Source: Paramecium tetraurelia
Lineage: Eukaryota
Assembly: GCA_000165425.1 (NCBI GenBank)
Contig: CT868219.1
Location: 376,728 to 440,727 of the forward strand
Reading direction: 5' to 3'
Length of the DNA: 64,000 bases
Numbering within the stretch: the stretch's first letter is position 1; each line of letters opens with the position of its first letter. Positions 52,223-64,000 of this stretch are shown one piece after another. A program made the position numbers and the translations under genes. The notes under the pieces were generated by a model. That model made no database searches and was not told the origin of the DNA. It was given only the letters and a program-made list of their open reading frames with translations.

Positions 52223-55200
52223 ATGAGGGATAACTTCACTTTAAACAAATAGAATGACTTTCATAGTAACAACTAAAATGAAAAAAGAAAAGACTATATT
52301 ACATTTCAAATTTAGAAGGAATCCAAAAGATTGATTATGCAAGTATTAATCATTTAAAGCATAGGTAGAATGGGGATATACGCTAAAAACAAGATTCAAA
52401 CATTTCACTTTTAAAAAAGAATTTTTAGAAAACAACTACAGATGATTAGAAGTCAAATGATGTGTTTCTAAATAGATTACCAACTGATTAATTTAAGAAT
52501 TTGTAAATTTCTAAGGAAAAATAAACAGGATAAGCTGGAAATAATAAAAATACAGAAATACAAACAGCAAAATATTAGTTGAATAATCACATAAGTGATT
52601 AATTTGCATAATAACAATAATCGATTAAACCTATAAATAAACCTACTATCATTTAAACTAATAATGAGCCTAAAAAGGTAGGATTTACTTCAGACTGTGT
52701 ATTTTGGGATTCTTCAAAGAAGAAGAAAAACACTGATAATTAAGATTAAATAAAAAGAAACAAACTACCCAACAGAGAGGCAAAAAAATCATTTTTCTTA
52801 ATGGAATAAGAGTTAGAAAGAAAAAAATTGGATTCTTTAGACAATAAATATTTATAGGAACAAGGATAAAAATAGGTTGATGAATTGCTAAATGAGGGTC
52901 AATAATATAGTTCAATAGCAATATAGAAAAAAAAGATTAATGAATACAAAGGATCAGTTTAGATAAAAAGTAGCTTCGAAGAACATATTGATAGTTTCCA
53001 ATAACCTGAAAATTAAGTTTTTGAATACAATAAGCTTCTCAAATATTTATTTATGAAAGATTACTTTGAAAATAGAAAATAAGATTTTGAATTCAATCAA
53101 ATACCCACTAATTTTTCAAGTTGGGAGTCATATAGCAAGATATTTCAATAATTTTTCTTAAATGAAGCTTGTGCTTAGATTAAACAAAGCTTTATTGAAT
53201 TCATGTTCAAACTAAAAAAAAATAACAAATACAGGAAACTGTAAATCAAATTAGACGAATCAGAGGCCAATAAAGATGGTACTATATTTTAAATAAGGAA
53301 ACTTTACGAAGAATAAAACATTGAATAAAATTAATAGCAAATAGATGAAGACAATAAATAAACTTAATGTTTGAAAGGGTCAAGTTTTGAAGAGACTAAA
53401 GATGGATACTGCGAGTTAACAACTTTAAAAAACTATTTGGTAATTATCAGCAATAAATTCTAAATTAAGTTGGGTCAATTAAATTAAGTAAATGAAAAAA
53501 CTATGCTTTTCTTTGGGATCTTAATCGAACCTTAGAAAGCAACAGTACTTCAACAAATAAAGGTATAAACTTTTGTTCAACGATAAAAATTCGCCTCTTC
53601 TCGTTGGTACAATGTATTCTTAATACCATTTATGAAGATAACTACCATTATTAGAGAATATTAAACTCTTTCATAATTAAGGTATATGATGACACCCTTA
53701 TTTAATATAATTTATGATCCAAATAGATAATAACACTTGTTGGGAACTGAAATTGGAGGTTCATGGACAGCGTAATTTAGGAATTAAGTTTCAAATAGTG
53801 AATATTTGACTAAGTTTTTTAAATTGGTAGATTAAAAATTTAATAAAAGTCAAGCTAATTCTATAAAGGAAATATTGTAACAAGAGAAAGGCATAAGTTT
53901 ACTTTAGGGACCAGTAAAATTTAATATATATATTTAGCCTGGAACTGGTAAAACTCATACTCTGATTGGAATATTATCTGGGGCTTATGAATATATGAAA
54001 ATGACTGACAAATTTCCAAGAAAAAAAATATTGGTATTTCCTATTTTTAATATAGATCTGTGCTCCTTCAAATGCAGCAATAGATGAAATCATTTTGAGA
54101 ATCATGAGACCAGACAGCTTATTTGATTCAGATGGTAAACCAAGAGAAGTTAAGGTAATAAGGATAGGATTAATCGATGAGGAGAGTGAATTTTCAGATA
54201 CTGTCAAAAAAGTCTCTTTAGAGTATTTAGCCTAGAACATGTTACTAAAATCTTAAATAATAAAATAAGAAGCAGATTAAAAGACAACAGCTGATTTAAG
54301 AATTGATATTTGCAAGATCTAAAATCAAATTAAGAAATTACAGAAAATCAAAAAATAAGATCTAACAGATTAATCTACTTATAGTGAACAACTATCTAAC
54401 TTGAAATCAGATTTGTCAATTAAATAGCAATATCTAGAAAGGATGAGAGCAAAAAAAATACAATATAAGGAATCATATAATTTATTTTGTGAAAAGATTT
54501 TGAACGAAGCTGAAATTATTTGTAGTACTTTGAATTCAAGTGGATCTGAGAAATTATCTAAATATATGGATTAAATTGAATTATTAATAGTAGATGAGGC
54601 AGCATAATGTACTGAGCCTTCTAATATTATTCCATTACGATTAGGAGTTGAAAAGATGATTTTGATTGGAGATCCAAAATAATTGGCTGCTACTACTTTT
54701 TCACCTAGTTCAACTACAGGATTTTATAATAGAAGTTTATTTGAAAGAATTTTGGATAACAATTTCTAACCGCATTTCTTAAATATTCAATATAGAATGG
54801 ATAGTGAAATAAGAAAATTTCCATCCTTTGAATTTTACCAAAACAAACTCATAGATCATGAATCAGTAATTTAAAGAAAGTTACCTGAAAATTATTTTAA
54901 AAAGTAAATGTTATTTCTAGATATTATTGATGGATAAGAAAAAAGAGATAATACTTCTTACATCAATGAAAAAGAAGCTAATTTAGTTATTTAATTGATA
55001 AATAGCATCAAAGAATAATTTAAAACTTAAACTATAGGGGTTATCTCATCCTATAAAGCATAGGTTAAACTTATCTAAACTTTAATTAAATAGAGTAATA
55101 CAAGATTGAAAGATATCGACAATAAAATCTTAAGTGTAAATACGGTTGATTCATTCTAGGTATTATTTAAACTAATATTAGGGACAAGAAAAAGATATTA

Positions 55201-55536
55201 TCATTTTTAGTTGTGTCAGATCATCTGAATGCAAAGGAATAGGATTCTTAAATGATGGCAGAAGAATAAATGTTGCATTAACAAGAGCTAAATTTGCTCT
55301 ATTTGTGATTGGAAATGGATTAACTGTATTTCTTAATTCTATAATAGTTATCCAAAGGATAGCTATGGAGAAACCTTTTGTAAAATATGCAAGAAAGACA
55401 ATTATACAGGAAAATTTAGATTACAGAAGAATTTTCATTTGAAAAAATACTCAACGATGAATGGGAAGATTCCGATAGATAAATGTCAGAAAAATTAATT
55501 GCCAGCATATCATCCTAAAAACTCTCAAAATTTTGA
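52223..55536 (+). CDS. SEN1: Sen1/senataxin-like SF1 RNA/DNA helicase
   Basis: [79 protein letters not shown]. Confidence 0.92.
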
Positions 55537-55642
55537 TCTTTTATTTTATAGTGCTTTTTACATTTTGTTATAGCTTATTCATTAGTAGATTAAATTCTTA
55601 CTACTTCATTATATCAATTTATAAAGTCTATAATAAGATCAT

Positions 55643-56799
55643 TCAATGTAAAACTTCCTGTTAAAACATTTAAGCCAACTCAGTAAATATCTTTGGTTTC
55701 AAACACATTAGAGCTACAATTTGCATTGCACTGTAGTCTTTATATATTTCCCATTCCAACTGTAAATTATCAAAGGAAGGATTTTGTTTATTTTATTTAA
55801 CTTCTGCCATCGATTTTAGAGTATCATGAACTAGATTTCGAATTTACCTTCCTGCCATTACACTTTTGAGGTTCTTATGATTGTATCTATTATTAGCAAC
55901 ATTATCTTATAGTGAGAATTAAGCTTTTTGTATATAGAAAAGTAGAGAGTGTTATAGACCAGAATTCTTCACTACTTTTTGAGATTTTGAAAAATATCTA
56001 AATATGATATTCTTAAACAATACTTTTTATAGGCTTCCATGCATTCATTAAATAAATCCATTTTCAAATATTTGTTATTTCTATAGGATGTTAACTAGTA
56101 TCTCATTTATTTATTCTCATATTTTATTTAATCAATTTAAGGATCAATTAATTATTCCTACTTTTAACTTGATTGACTTAGTGGTTTTTATGGATAAAAG
56201 GTAGTTTAATACTAGGTTCTCTGAGTATCAGATGTTTTCTTTGATTTTTTCTATTGATGTCTGGCTGCATTGATTTCTCTTAAGAGAACAAGGTTCTTTG
56301 AATTCTGTTTATTGAGTGCTGCATGTTTATATTCAATTACTCTTTTGAGATTCTTACATCTTGTAGTATGTTCAGAAATTTGATTTTATAACTTATTGAT
56401 ATTCTCTGTCAATGCTTCACTATATGTTTTATAATTGTTAACATCTTCAAGTACTTTTCTAATTTCAACACTTTTTTCAATTTTATCTTGCAATTCCAAT
56501 AATGATAAATTATACTTAATTAAGTTATTCTTGGCTCTCTCCAGAGCTTATAAAATAGATCGATATCTAAAATAATAAATCACTAAAATTACCTTTTGCC
56601 AAGATAAGAATCTTGTTTCTCTCTTGTTTCATCGATTGTTGGTTGAAAGTGATCTAAATACTCATCCAATTTTTATTTATCCTCCTGTCTAGAGTCTATT
56701 AATTTTCTATAATTATTCTTTCCATTACTTGACAATTTCACGATAATTTGGAGTAGGTTTCAGAGGTTCAGGTACATAAAATATTTTAGTCAATGACAT
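55643..56799 (-). CDS. Coiled-coil hypothetical protein; end approximate
   Basis: MSLTKIFYVPEPLKPTPNYREIVK...; long frame through ...LEWEIYKDYSAMQIVALMCLKPKIF. Confidence 0.6.
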
Positions 56800-57184
56800 A
56801 TAATAAATTTAATAATTGATTATATTCTGATTTAGAAAAGTATTAATAAATTTTATAATAGAGAAAAAACAATATGAGATTAATTAATAAACAATATATT
56901 TTATTATTAGTATTTTTGTTTTGTAATTAGATCTATAAATAAATATATCCAGTAGAATACTCTTTCATCTACAAAGTTTAATTTATTTACTAATATCTAA
57001 TATCAATTGAAAAAACTCAGATTCCAATTGTTAGATTAGAAGATTCAAAATCAATATTGTTTATTAGAATCTTTATTCCAGTTGATCTAAAAGTTAAAAG
57101 AGGGGATTGCAACTATCAAATAAAATAATATTATTTTATTTTTACAGTGATATTTAAATTAAGATTTCATATATTAGTTATCAT

Positions 57185-58585
57185 TCATTCACCCCCTAAA
57201 TACCTATAGTTAACTTTATTCTTATTATTAGGTCTAGTTCTAAGTCTGCTATTCACTTGAAATTCAGAATTCTAATTTTAAGAAATAAGAATTACCTTAT
57301 CCTCTTATTATTATTATTATTGTTATTATTATTGTTATTATTATTATTATTACTATTAAGGCGTAGAATTTATTTTCATTATGGGGGAATCCGCTAAATT
57401 CTATTTCTTAACCATTTTCTTGCCTGCATTCCGTAGACTATCTAAGTCTTGCTTAATTTCATCCTCATAAAGATTAAACCTAAAAGCTTATAATTTCATA
57501 ACATTTATAAATTTACTATATAAAACTTTATTATCTCTTGTGGCAACGAAGTTAATATTTTTCTCTCTCATTCTATTGTCATCGCATTCAACAATTTGCC
57601 TCTATTTTGGTTGGTATTCTTCTGTGGACTTTTCTTATTTCTTTTAGGGTTGAGAATTTTGTTATTGTTTCTTAATGGTTTTAGAGCAATTCAAACAATG
57701 ATATACTTTATTTTCAGTTTCTTCTTTGATGTTTTGATTCCTAAATTTAGCTTCACAATTTAAATGATTCTTTCAAATAATTCAATAGCTTACCCATTTT
57801 TCACAAGCATCGCATTAGATCCACTCCTATTCATCTTAGTCATTAGCACCATTTGAATATACCTGTTGATATTTTATAATAATTCTTAATACCTATTCAC
57901 AAAAATCACAATAATTTCCACGATTGTATAATCTCAAACATTTCTCACAAAATTAGAGAGCCTCTCCTTTTCTTGATTTGGCTTTTCGATCACCTTTATT
58001 ATGGCATTTTTAATTGTGACATTTCTACACTTACTATGGTTCATCATCCTCAACAGTAATGGGATTATTAAAAGTATTAGTTTTCTTTTAATTCCCTAAA
58101 CCCATCTAGCAGATCAATTGATTGGACATGAAAGGATTCAAAGAAGATGGATTAGCCATCTAAAGACTTTTCTGAAAAAGCTTCGTATAATCTAATGCAT
58201 TTAATGCGCCCCCAAAACCTATAATAGAACATAGTAAATTTAAAACTATAAGGGCATTAGATGATAATTATTGGCGAACTTGATGATATCTTACCAAAAT
58301 TGACATTAAACAGATCTTGTGGTTAAAGGGTTCTATTGGCATTGTCTGGAACTTATTGAATTAAGCCTGGAAATAACAATGGTTTCATATTAAGGAAAGT
58401 ACTCAGAAGTTGCTATTATCTAAATAAGGTAATTAATTGCCGAAATATTGTTTAGATCTAATATGGTGATATCATAAGGTGAAAGTGGATTTGGAATCAT
58501 ACCTAAGCTGTTGTTAATATTCCTCAAGTTAAGAGGGAATAAGTTATTGCAACAAAGAATTTTAATTGTTCAACCCAGAGTTCAT
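57185..58585 (-). CDS. Q-rich PHD-finger protein
   Basis: FCEKCLRLYNRGNYCDFCEQ/VY...WIQCDACEKW/NHLNC...YHCLNC; polyQ tract; C-terminal RLRTRPNNKNKVNYRYLGGE*. Confidence 0.82.
57305..57358 (-). repeat. (TAA)n-dominated microsatellite encoding 18 Gln
   Basis: TAA TAG TAA x6 CAA TAA x3 CAA TAA x5, in frame within the PHD gene. Confidence 0.85.
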
Positions 58586-59186
58586 ATTATTTTAATGATA
58601 GTTTAAATTAAAATGGTCATTCCCTATTTAATTATTATATAACCTATGTGAACCCAGTTATTTATTTACATATAAACTATTGTTAAGACACTTCAAGACA
58701 AATAATCTATTAGTTTCCTCTTTTAAAAATACACTTATGATAACAAGATAATATTTTATCGTTTTAATATTATTCTCAACAACAAAAAAATCGATAAAAT
58801 TGGGGAAGAAACCTCTTCCTTCTTTTTTCGATTGATCATCAATATTTAATAATCACCTCTTCAGTATTTTAATGAAAACAAGCAGAATTTATTTAAAAAA
58901 ATAATATCAATTGCATTTTTGTAATTAATACTGTTATTTTAATGTTAAAACTTTCAATCTAATATTACTTAATTATTGAACATTGAAAACCTGTTGATTT
59001 ATGAATAAAGTTGATTATATCATACTAAAACTCAATAATTGCGTAGATTAAATGAGCAGATTTTATAATAATTAAAATATCTAGCACATATACAAGAAAT
59101 TCAAAAAGCTATATTTTTATTTGAGTTAGATTTAGATCACTTAAGATATAATAATATAAATAATCAATTGCAGCCATTAGAGCTTG

Positions 59187-59480
59187 TCATATACTCATTT
59201 TGGAAGGTAAATTTTCTTGATTTCTTCTCCTGATCATGATGGTGCTATTGACTATAAATATAGAATTAGTAATTATACAGATGCTATTTTCAAGAGTAAC
59301 GCGATGGAGAACATATTTCTAGCACTTTCCAGATTTTAACTTTGATCGAATTTATTTTTCATTCCATTATTATAAACCAATAACATTTTAAGTGTAATTT
59401 GTTTCTGGTTATCTATTTGTGAGGCTATCATCTTATCTGTTTCTAGCTGGAGATGATTATTTTTGCTTAGTGCACCCCAT
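59187..59480 (-). CDS. Small MGC-start protein (myristoylation/palmitoylation motif)
   Basis: MGCTKQKQSSPARNR...NSTIMIRRRNQ...*; one intron. Confidence 0.65.
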
Positions 59481-59659
59481 AAAAATACTCTAAATTTATT
59501 TAAGATTTATAATCTAAATTAGAATTAAATTCTCATTTTTTATATTATTTTATAATTTTTAATAATTTAAGAAATATCTTGAGATTTGTTTCATCAAATA
59601 CACATTTTCACATGTATTATAAATATTGTGTAAATTATAATATTTGAATATATCTCCTT

Positions 59660-60100
59660 AATAAATATGATTTACTTCTAAAAGTCATCCTAGAGGATAT
59701 TAATGTATAAGAATATTAATGCTTTATCAAAATAGTAATTCGCCTATTTCATCATCTATTCTGTAAAAATATTGATTCTATTACTAAGAATTTTTGATAT
59801 ACTAATCAAAAGGAGGATCAAATAAGCCAAGAAATTCAACTTATAAGATGGAACAGAACATTTAAGTATATCAGTTAAACCTATTATAAAAGACCTTATT
59901 AGTATGATGGTTTTATTATCTAGCAATCTGGCAGAACAGAAATCTTTTGGGATTAATAAAGTTTCAATCAGTATATGTTTTACATCTCGGATTTTATGAA
60001 AGAAGAAAAATGCACAAAATAGAAATAAAGCATCATCTTGGAGCATCAGTATTATTTAGAAAATAATTTGGAACAGTGGAAAACTAGAAAGAAGATTTAA
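59660..60100 (+). pseudogene. Degenerate Rab GTPase relic
   Basis: Ordered fragments across frames: YDLLLKVIL, FDILIKRRI.Q.KKFNLQ, TFKYISQTYYK, MMVL....AEQKSF; P-loop and WDTAG destroyed. Confidence 0.5.
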
Positions 60101-60220
60101 TCAATTCATTTAATTTAAAATATTGAATTTAGAGAAAATAGTTATATCATATAAAAAATATATATAATATTTGTATTTAATTATATTTAAACTGTAATTA
60201 TACTGATTGATCATATAAAA

Positions 60221-62118
60221 TCACTTTTTACTACTCTTTAAATCATAGTTTAACTAATCGATACATTTCTTCATTCTAATGTTGTCTAACATTAATTCTT
60301 CATAGGAAGGTCTTCCAACATTACCACTTGCACCACCCCATTAATTTGATTAATTCATTGGACTAACACCCATTTTGTTCTAAGAAACTTAATTAGGAGT
60401 TCCTAAATATGCACTATTAACTTATTGACCTGGTGGTCCATATTATCCACCAGGGCCATAAACTGGTTGACCATTTGGTCCATAAATAGGTTATCCATTA
60501 GGTCCATAAGCAGGTTGGCCATTCTAAGGACCGTATAGTGGCTATCCATTGGGACCATAGAGAGGCTATCCATTGGGACCATAGAGAGGCTGCTGATTAG
60601 GATTGTATGGCTAATTCTAGGCGGTTGGTCCAAATTATCCATTGGGATTAGGTTTTTAACCAGGTTACTATTCAGATGGATCTAACAGTCCTAAGAGACC
60701 ATTGTCTTTCAATACTTTCAAAGCCTTATTGTAGTCATCATGAACTTGTTTTAAATGTTAACTAAAATAAGTATTTAGATTACTCTAATTCTTCTCTTTC
60801 AGCTTTCAAGTCATCTAATTCTAATAAAGCATTGTCCAATTATCTTTTTAATTTAGGTACATCTCCTGCCTTTTTGGCATCATTTTGGACATTGTTCAAT
60901 TTTTTGCCAAGGTCATCTTTATCCTTTCTATAATGATATAAAGATTATTATCATACTCTGCATCTTTTAATTTGTCCCTCACTTTACCCAATTCATCAAG
61001 CAATTAGTTTCTATTTTTATGTAAATCATTTAATTAGTCTTTTGTTTTATCTCTATCTCCTTTTACATCACCTAAATTCAAATGTAAATTATCGTTATCT
61101 AATTGAAGATCATTGCATTTCTTTTCAAGATCCTTGTTGGTCTTTTTCAAATCTCCCAAATCTTTTTAGAGATCATTATTCTCTTTGGCCAATTTACCCA
61201 ATTTATCCCTTAAAAAATCAATAATTTATCTACTTGATTGATCCATTTTGTTTTTCCAAAGCTGCTAGATCCGCTAACATTTTATCTCTATCACCCTTCA
61301 ATCTATTCAATTTATTCTTGAGATCGTTGTTCTCTTCCAAAACCTTATCATTATCTTTGTTCTTCTTTTTTAGATCTTCAATTTCTTTTTTCATACTATC
61401 ATTATCCTTAGCTGCATTATTTGCTTTATCTATATTATTTCTTAGATCTTTGACTTACTAAGAATATGAATAATTAGATTACATTTCCCAATTTATTATT
61501 GTCATCAAGTAAATCTTGATTCTTATGTCTTGCATCTCTTAATTAATCTTCTAACGGACCGAGCATTGCTTTAAGTTTCTCGTTTTCTTCTGGTAGATGT
61601 TTGATTCTATCTAATTCCGTCTGTAATCGAGCCACGTCATTCCTTAATTTTCTGTTTGCCTTAGCTTTTGCAGCAATATCATCTCGAAGTTTCTAATTTT
61701 CTGTTCCAATATCATCTTCTGGGTCTCCATCCCCAGTCACACCTTCACAATCAGGACAAACACCATACTCATACTCTGGGAAATTACTATTTCCTTATTG
61801 GGGCTTAGCCTTTTACGCCTCTTACCTTGCTAATAAATCATTCTTGTGTTATTAACAAGTCAAACAAAATGGACAATGTACTTCAGGCTACTGTTAAATT
61901 CTCACTGTATTTTCCATCGGTCTTGGTTAGTATACTTGAGATTGCACATATGATTGTTGACCCATTTGAGGAGGCATGAAAGGAGCAGGAATAGCATTGC
62001 TTGGATAGTTCAAGGGATTCTAAGATTGCTGTTGGATTGGTTGTGCTGTCAAGATATTGTTGTTGCTCTAATATTAACTACGACTCTGAGGTTAGGTTAT
62101 GATTTAATGACCAGACAT
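60221..62118 (-). CDS. Q/P-rich N-terminus, two CxxC motifs, long coiled coil and YGPNGQP repeats
   Basis: MSGHQIITQPQSRS...HCPFCLTC...GVCPDCEG...D/K/L/N-rich heptads...QPLYGPNG repeats...PSYEELMLDNIRMKK. Confidence 0.8.
60430..60650 (-). repeat. Coding 24-bp tandem repeat (QPxYGPNG, about six copies)
   Basis: Perfect duplicate ggctatccattgggaccatagaga at 60540-60563 and 60564-60587, plus diverged copies. Confidence 0.9.
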
Positions 62119-62310
62119 TTGTATGTTAGGTTTTAATTTCTATATTTTAATTACGTTTTATTTATTTCAATCGTATAATTATTACATTTGAGATATATTA
62201 TTATTATAATAATGTTATCCCTATGCAAAATGGAAGATGTTTAGACATAGAATTTTAACTCAATGAAAAGTTGAATTATGATATCATCGTACAATATGAA
62301 TTTAGAACAA

Positions 62311-63150
62311 TCAATTTGCTGGTTCTTTTGGTTCTGATGAAGCACTAGTAGTTGTAGTTTCTACATTGCCTTCTGACACATAAGAAAAGAACACCAATTT
62401 ATAAAATAAATACAGAGACAATTGCATTGTAACTACTATGGCTATTATGATATACTTTTTTTGAATCTATAATTTATCTAGTTCTCTAATATTATAATAT
62501 TAAATGATACTCTTTTAAATTGAAAATTAAGAATAATATTGAATTTCCAACTCCATATGTTATAATTAGCCATAAAAACAATTCATTCTAAAAGTAACAT
62601 AGAATTGTGATGGGTAACAGTGTTGACATGGAATAACCATATAAGCAGATGGTTTGGAAGAAACTTAAGTCCACTCCTAAGACCTTCATAACAACAGCTA
62701 AAATCGCAGGAGTTCCGAATGCAATTATGTATAACAAGGCCGTTGCTTAAGGAACATAACCGACGTCAAAGGATTGGTTCTCTTTCTCTGAGTCTACTTA
62801 TCTCAAATTAGCGATAGCCGTAATCATAAAAATCAAAGTAGCATTGATCCATATTGGTCCCCATCTACCAAATATATAGAGCATATATACAAATCTGGGT
62901 TATCTTTGGTAATGTTCAGAAAATCTGGACGAAATGGAAGAAATGTGGCTTTGACTCTTTGTATAACATCATTTTCCGTGACATTGAAATATGGAGTGTA
63001 ATATCTATTATAGAATTGTAGTAATTACTCAACTGTCAGAAATCCACAATATCCTGTTTGCCTTTTATCACCACTATCATTCAGTTTGTTGAATTATCCT
63101 TTTTAGACTTGCTTTTCCTCATCTGTTTATTTTTGTACTCCGATTTCCAT
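62311..63150 (-). CDS. YIPF1: YIP1-family Golgi membrane protein (YIPF1/2-like)
   Basis: YYTPYFNVTENDVIQRV; NPDL/WGPIWINATLIF; ICLYGYSM. Confidence 0.88.
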
Positions 63151-63310
63151 TCTATTCTGATATTTTTATTTTAAATAATATTAAAATTCTTATTCATCTC
63201 CCCATTAAATCAGTTAAAATGCTTACAATTATGAATCATTTTATAAGCAATAGATCTTGCAATTTTCATATTTTAGAGTTTCTGTTTTTATAATAATATT
63301 AAATTTATAC

Positions 63311-64000
63311 ATGTAAGACGATTTTGTTTATCATCCTGAGATCATGAAATCATAACTAAGTATGCTGCCTCCTATTGAATAACTCACTTTGTAATAGTTA
63401 GCTAATAAACGAAAAATAAATTTCAACATGATGCTCTCATTGCCGGTTTATTATTAAATTTCTAATTGCAGTTTCTACTGAAAGACAAAGCTTTAGAAGA
63501 TAGGAAAGATACTATTGCCATCTATAGAAAACATAAATTTGAGCCATTGAAGCCTTAAAAACACAAAGTGACTTTGATAAACAGTGGTCGCATTCACTGT
63601 CCTGAGTTCTGGTCAGATAAATATCAGAGCACTGCCTTACGTGGTTCTCATATAGATAGAAATCTAGACAAGTACAGACAGATCATTAAAAATAACATCT
63701 AAGATTATTTGGTTAAATTTGAGATGCAAGCTAAAGAATAATTGGAAGAATCAAAAAAGTATTAATTAAATAGATTCAAGAATTAAATATTAAGAAATCT
63801 TTAAAAAGCAATGTTCCATCTCTGATGAAGAATGTGCCCCATCAAATAATGAGTTAAATCTTAGTCAATGCACCCAAGATGAAATTATTAACTACTATAG
63901 AGATGTTAAAAGGCAAGATTCTGCCAAAAAGACAAGCTTGAGAAATCTTGATAAGATTACTTGCAGTAGTGTTAAATAGAGTTTTATTGAAAAGTTCGAC
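63311..64000 (+). CDS. Hypothetical protein; runs off the window end
   Basis: Long frame ...HDALIAGLLLNFQLQFLLKDK...SGRIHCPEFWSDKY...; introns near 63360 and 63759. Confidence 0.55.

Noticed and set aside
52270..52370. Apparent frameshift near the Sen1 start
   Set aside because: A 26-nt GT..AG intron (gtattaatcatttaaagcataggtag) restores the frame
10096..58585. Co-occurrence of Trf4-like, Sen1-like, CTD-phosphatase-like and PHD genes as a nuclear RNA surveillance cluster
   Set aside because: Spread over about 48 kb among unrelated genes, and several belong to large families; compatible with chance
60430..60650. 24-bp repeats as a CRISPR-like array
   Set aside because: No spacers; they are in-frame coding repeats in a eukaryotic gene
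263..62136. The supplied short ORFs as independent small genes
   Set aside because: They were computed with TAA/TAG as stops. They are fragments of longer intron-containing genes or antisense shadows.
1..64000. Retained IESs, transposons, telomeric C4A2/C3A3 arrays, tRNA/rRNA
   Set aside because: None seen. In the genes I traced, interruptions resolved as GT..AG introns; short IESs cannot be excluded without a germline/somatic comparison.

Overview
AT-rich, very gene-dense eukaryotic DNA that reads as a ciliate macronuclear chromosome segment, most likely Paramecium. The evidence is that TAA/TAG behave as Gln and TGA is the only stop, introns are tiny GT..AG elements of about 20-30 nt, intergenic spacers are often under 100 nt, and trichocyst matrix protein genes are present. 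The supplied standard-code ORF track is therefore mostly misleading. I re-translated by eye with the ciliate code (table 6) and found about 45 protein-coding genes. Recognisable ones: NSA1/WDR74, two trichocyst matrix proteins, two SCP/FCP1-type phosphatases (one frameshifted), a PHD-WHIM1-WSD-PHD ISWI-partner-like protein, a Trf4-like nucleotidyltransferase, CK1, a GAF-only protein, a myristoylated pseudokinase-MORN protein, a GNA1-like acetyltransferase, a fused YeeE/YedE sulfur transporter, mitoferrin, RCE1, a large PAS membrane protein, an RNF126-like RING, a DHHC palmitoyltransferase, a Sen1-like helicase and YIPF1. No tRNA, rRNA, CRISPR, telomeric array or intact transposon was seen. The best leads are the candidate ISWI accessory subunit, a possible 93-nt structured stop-containing intron in the Trf4-like gene, a degenerate mitochondrial-carrier-fold protein, and a divergent gene pair whose ATGs are 17 nt apart. 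Coordinates are hand-derived, span introns, and some starts are approximate.
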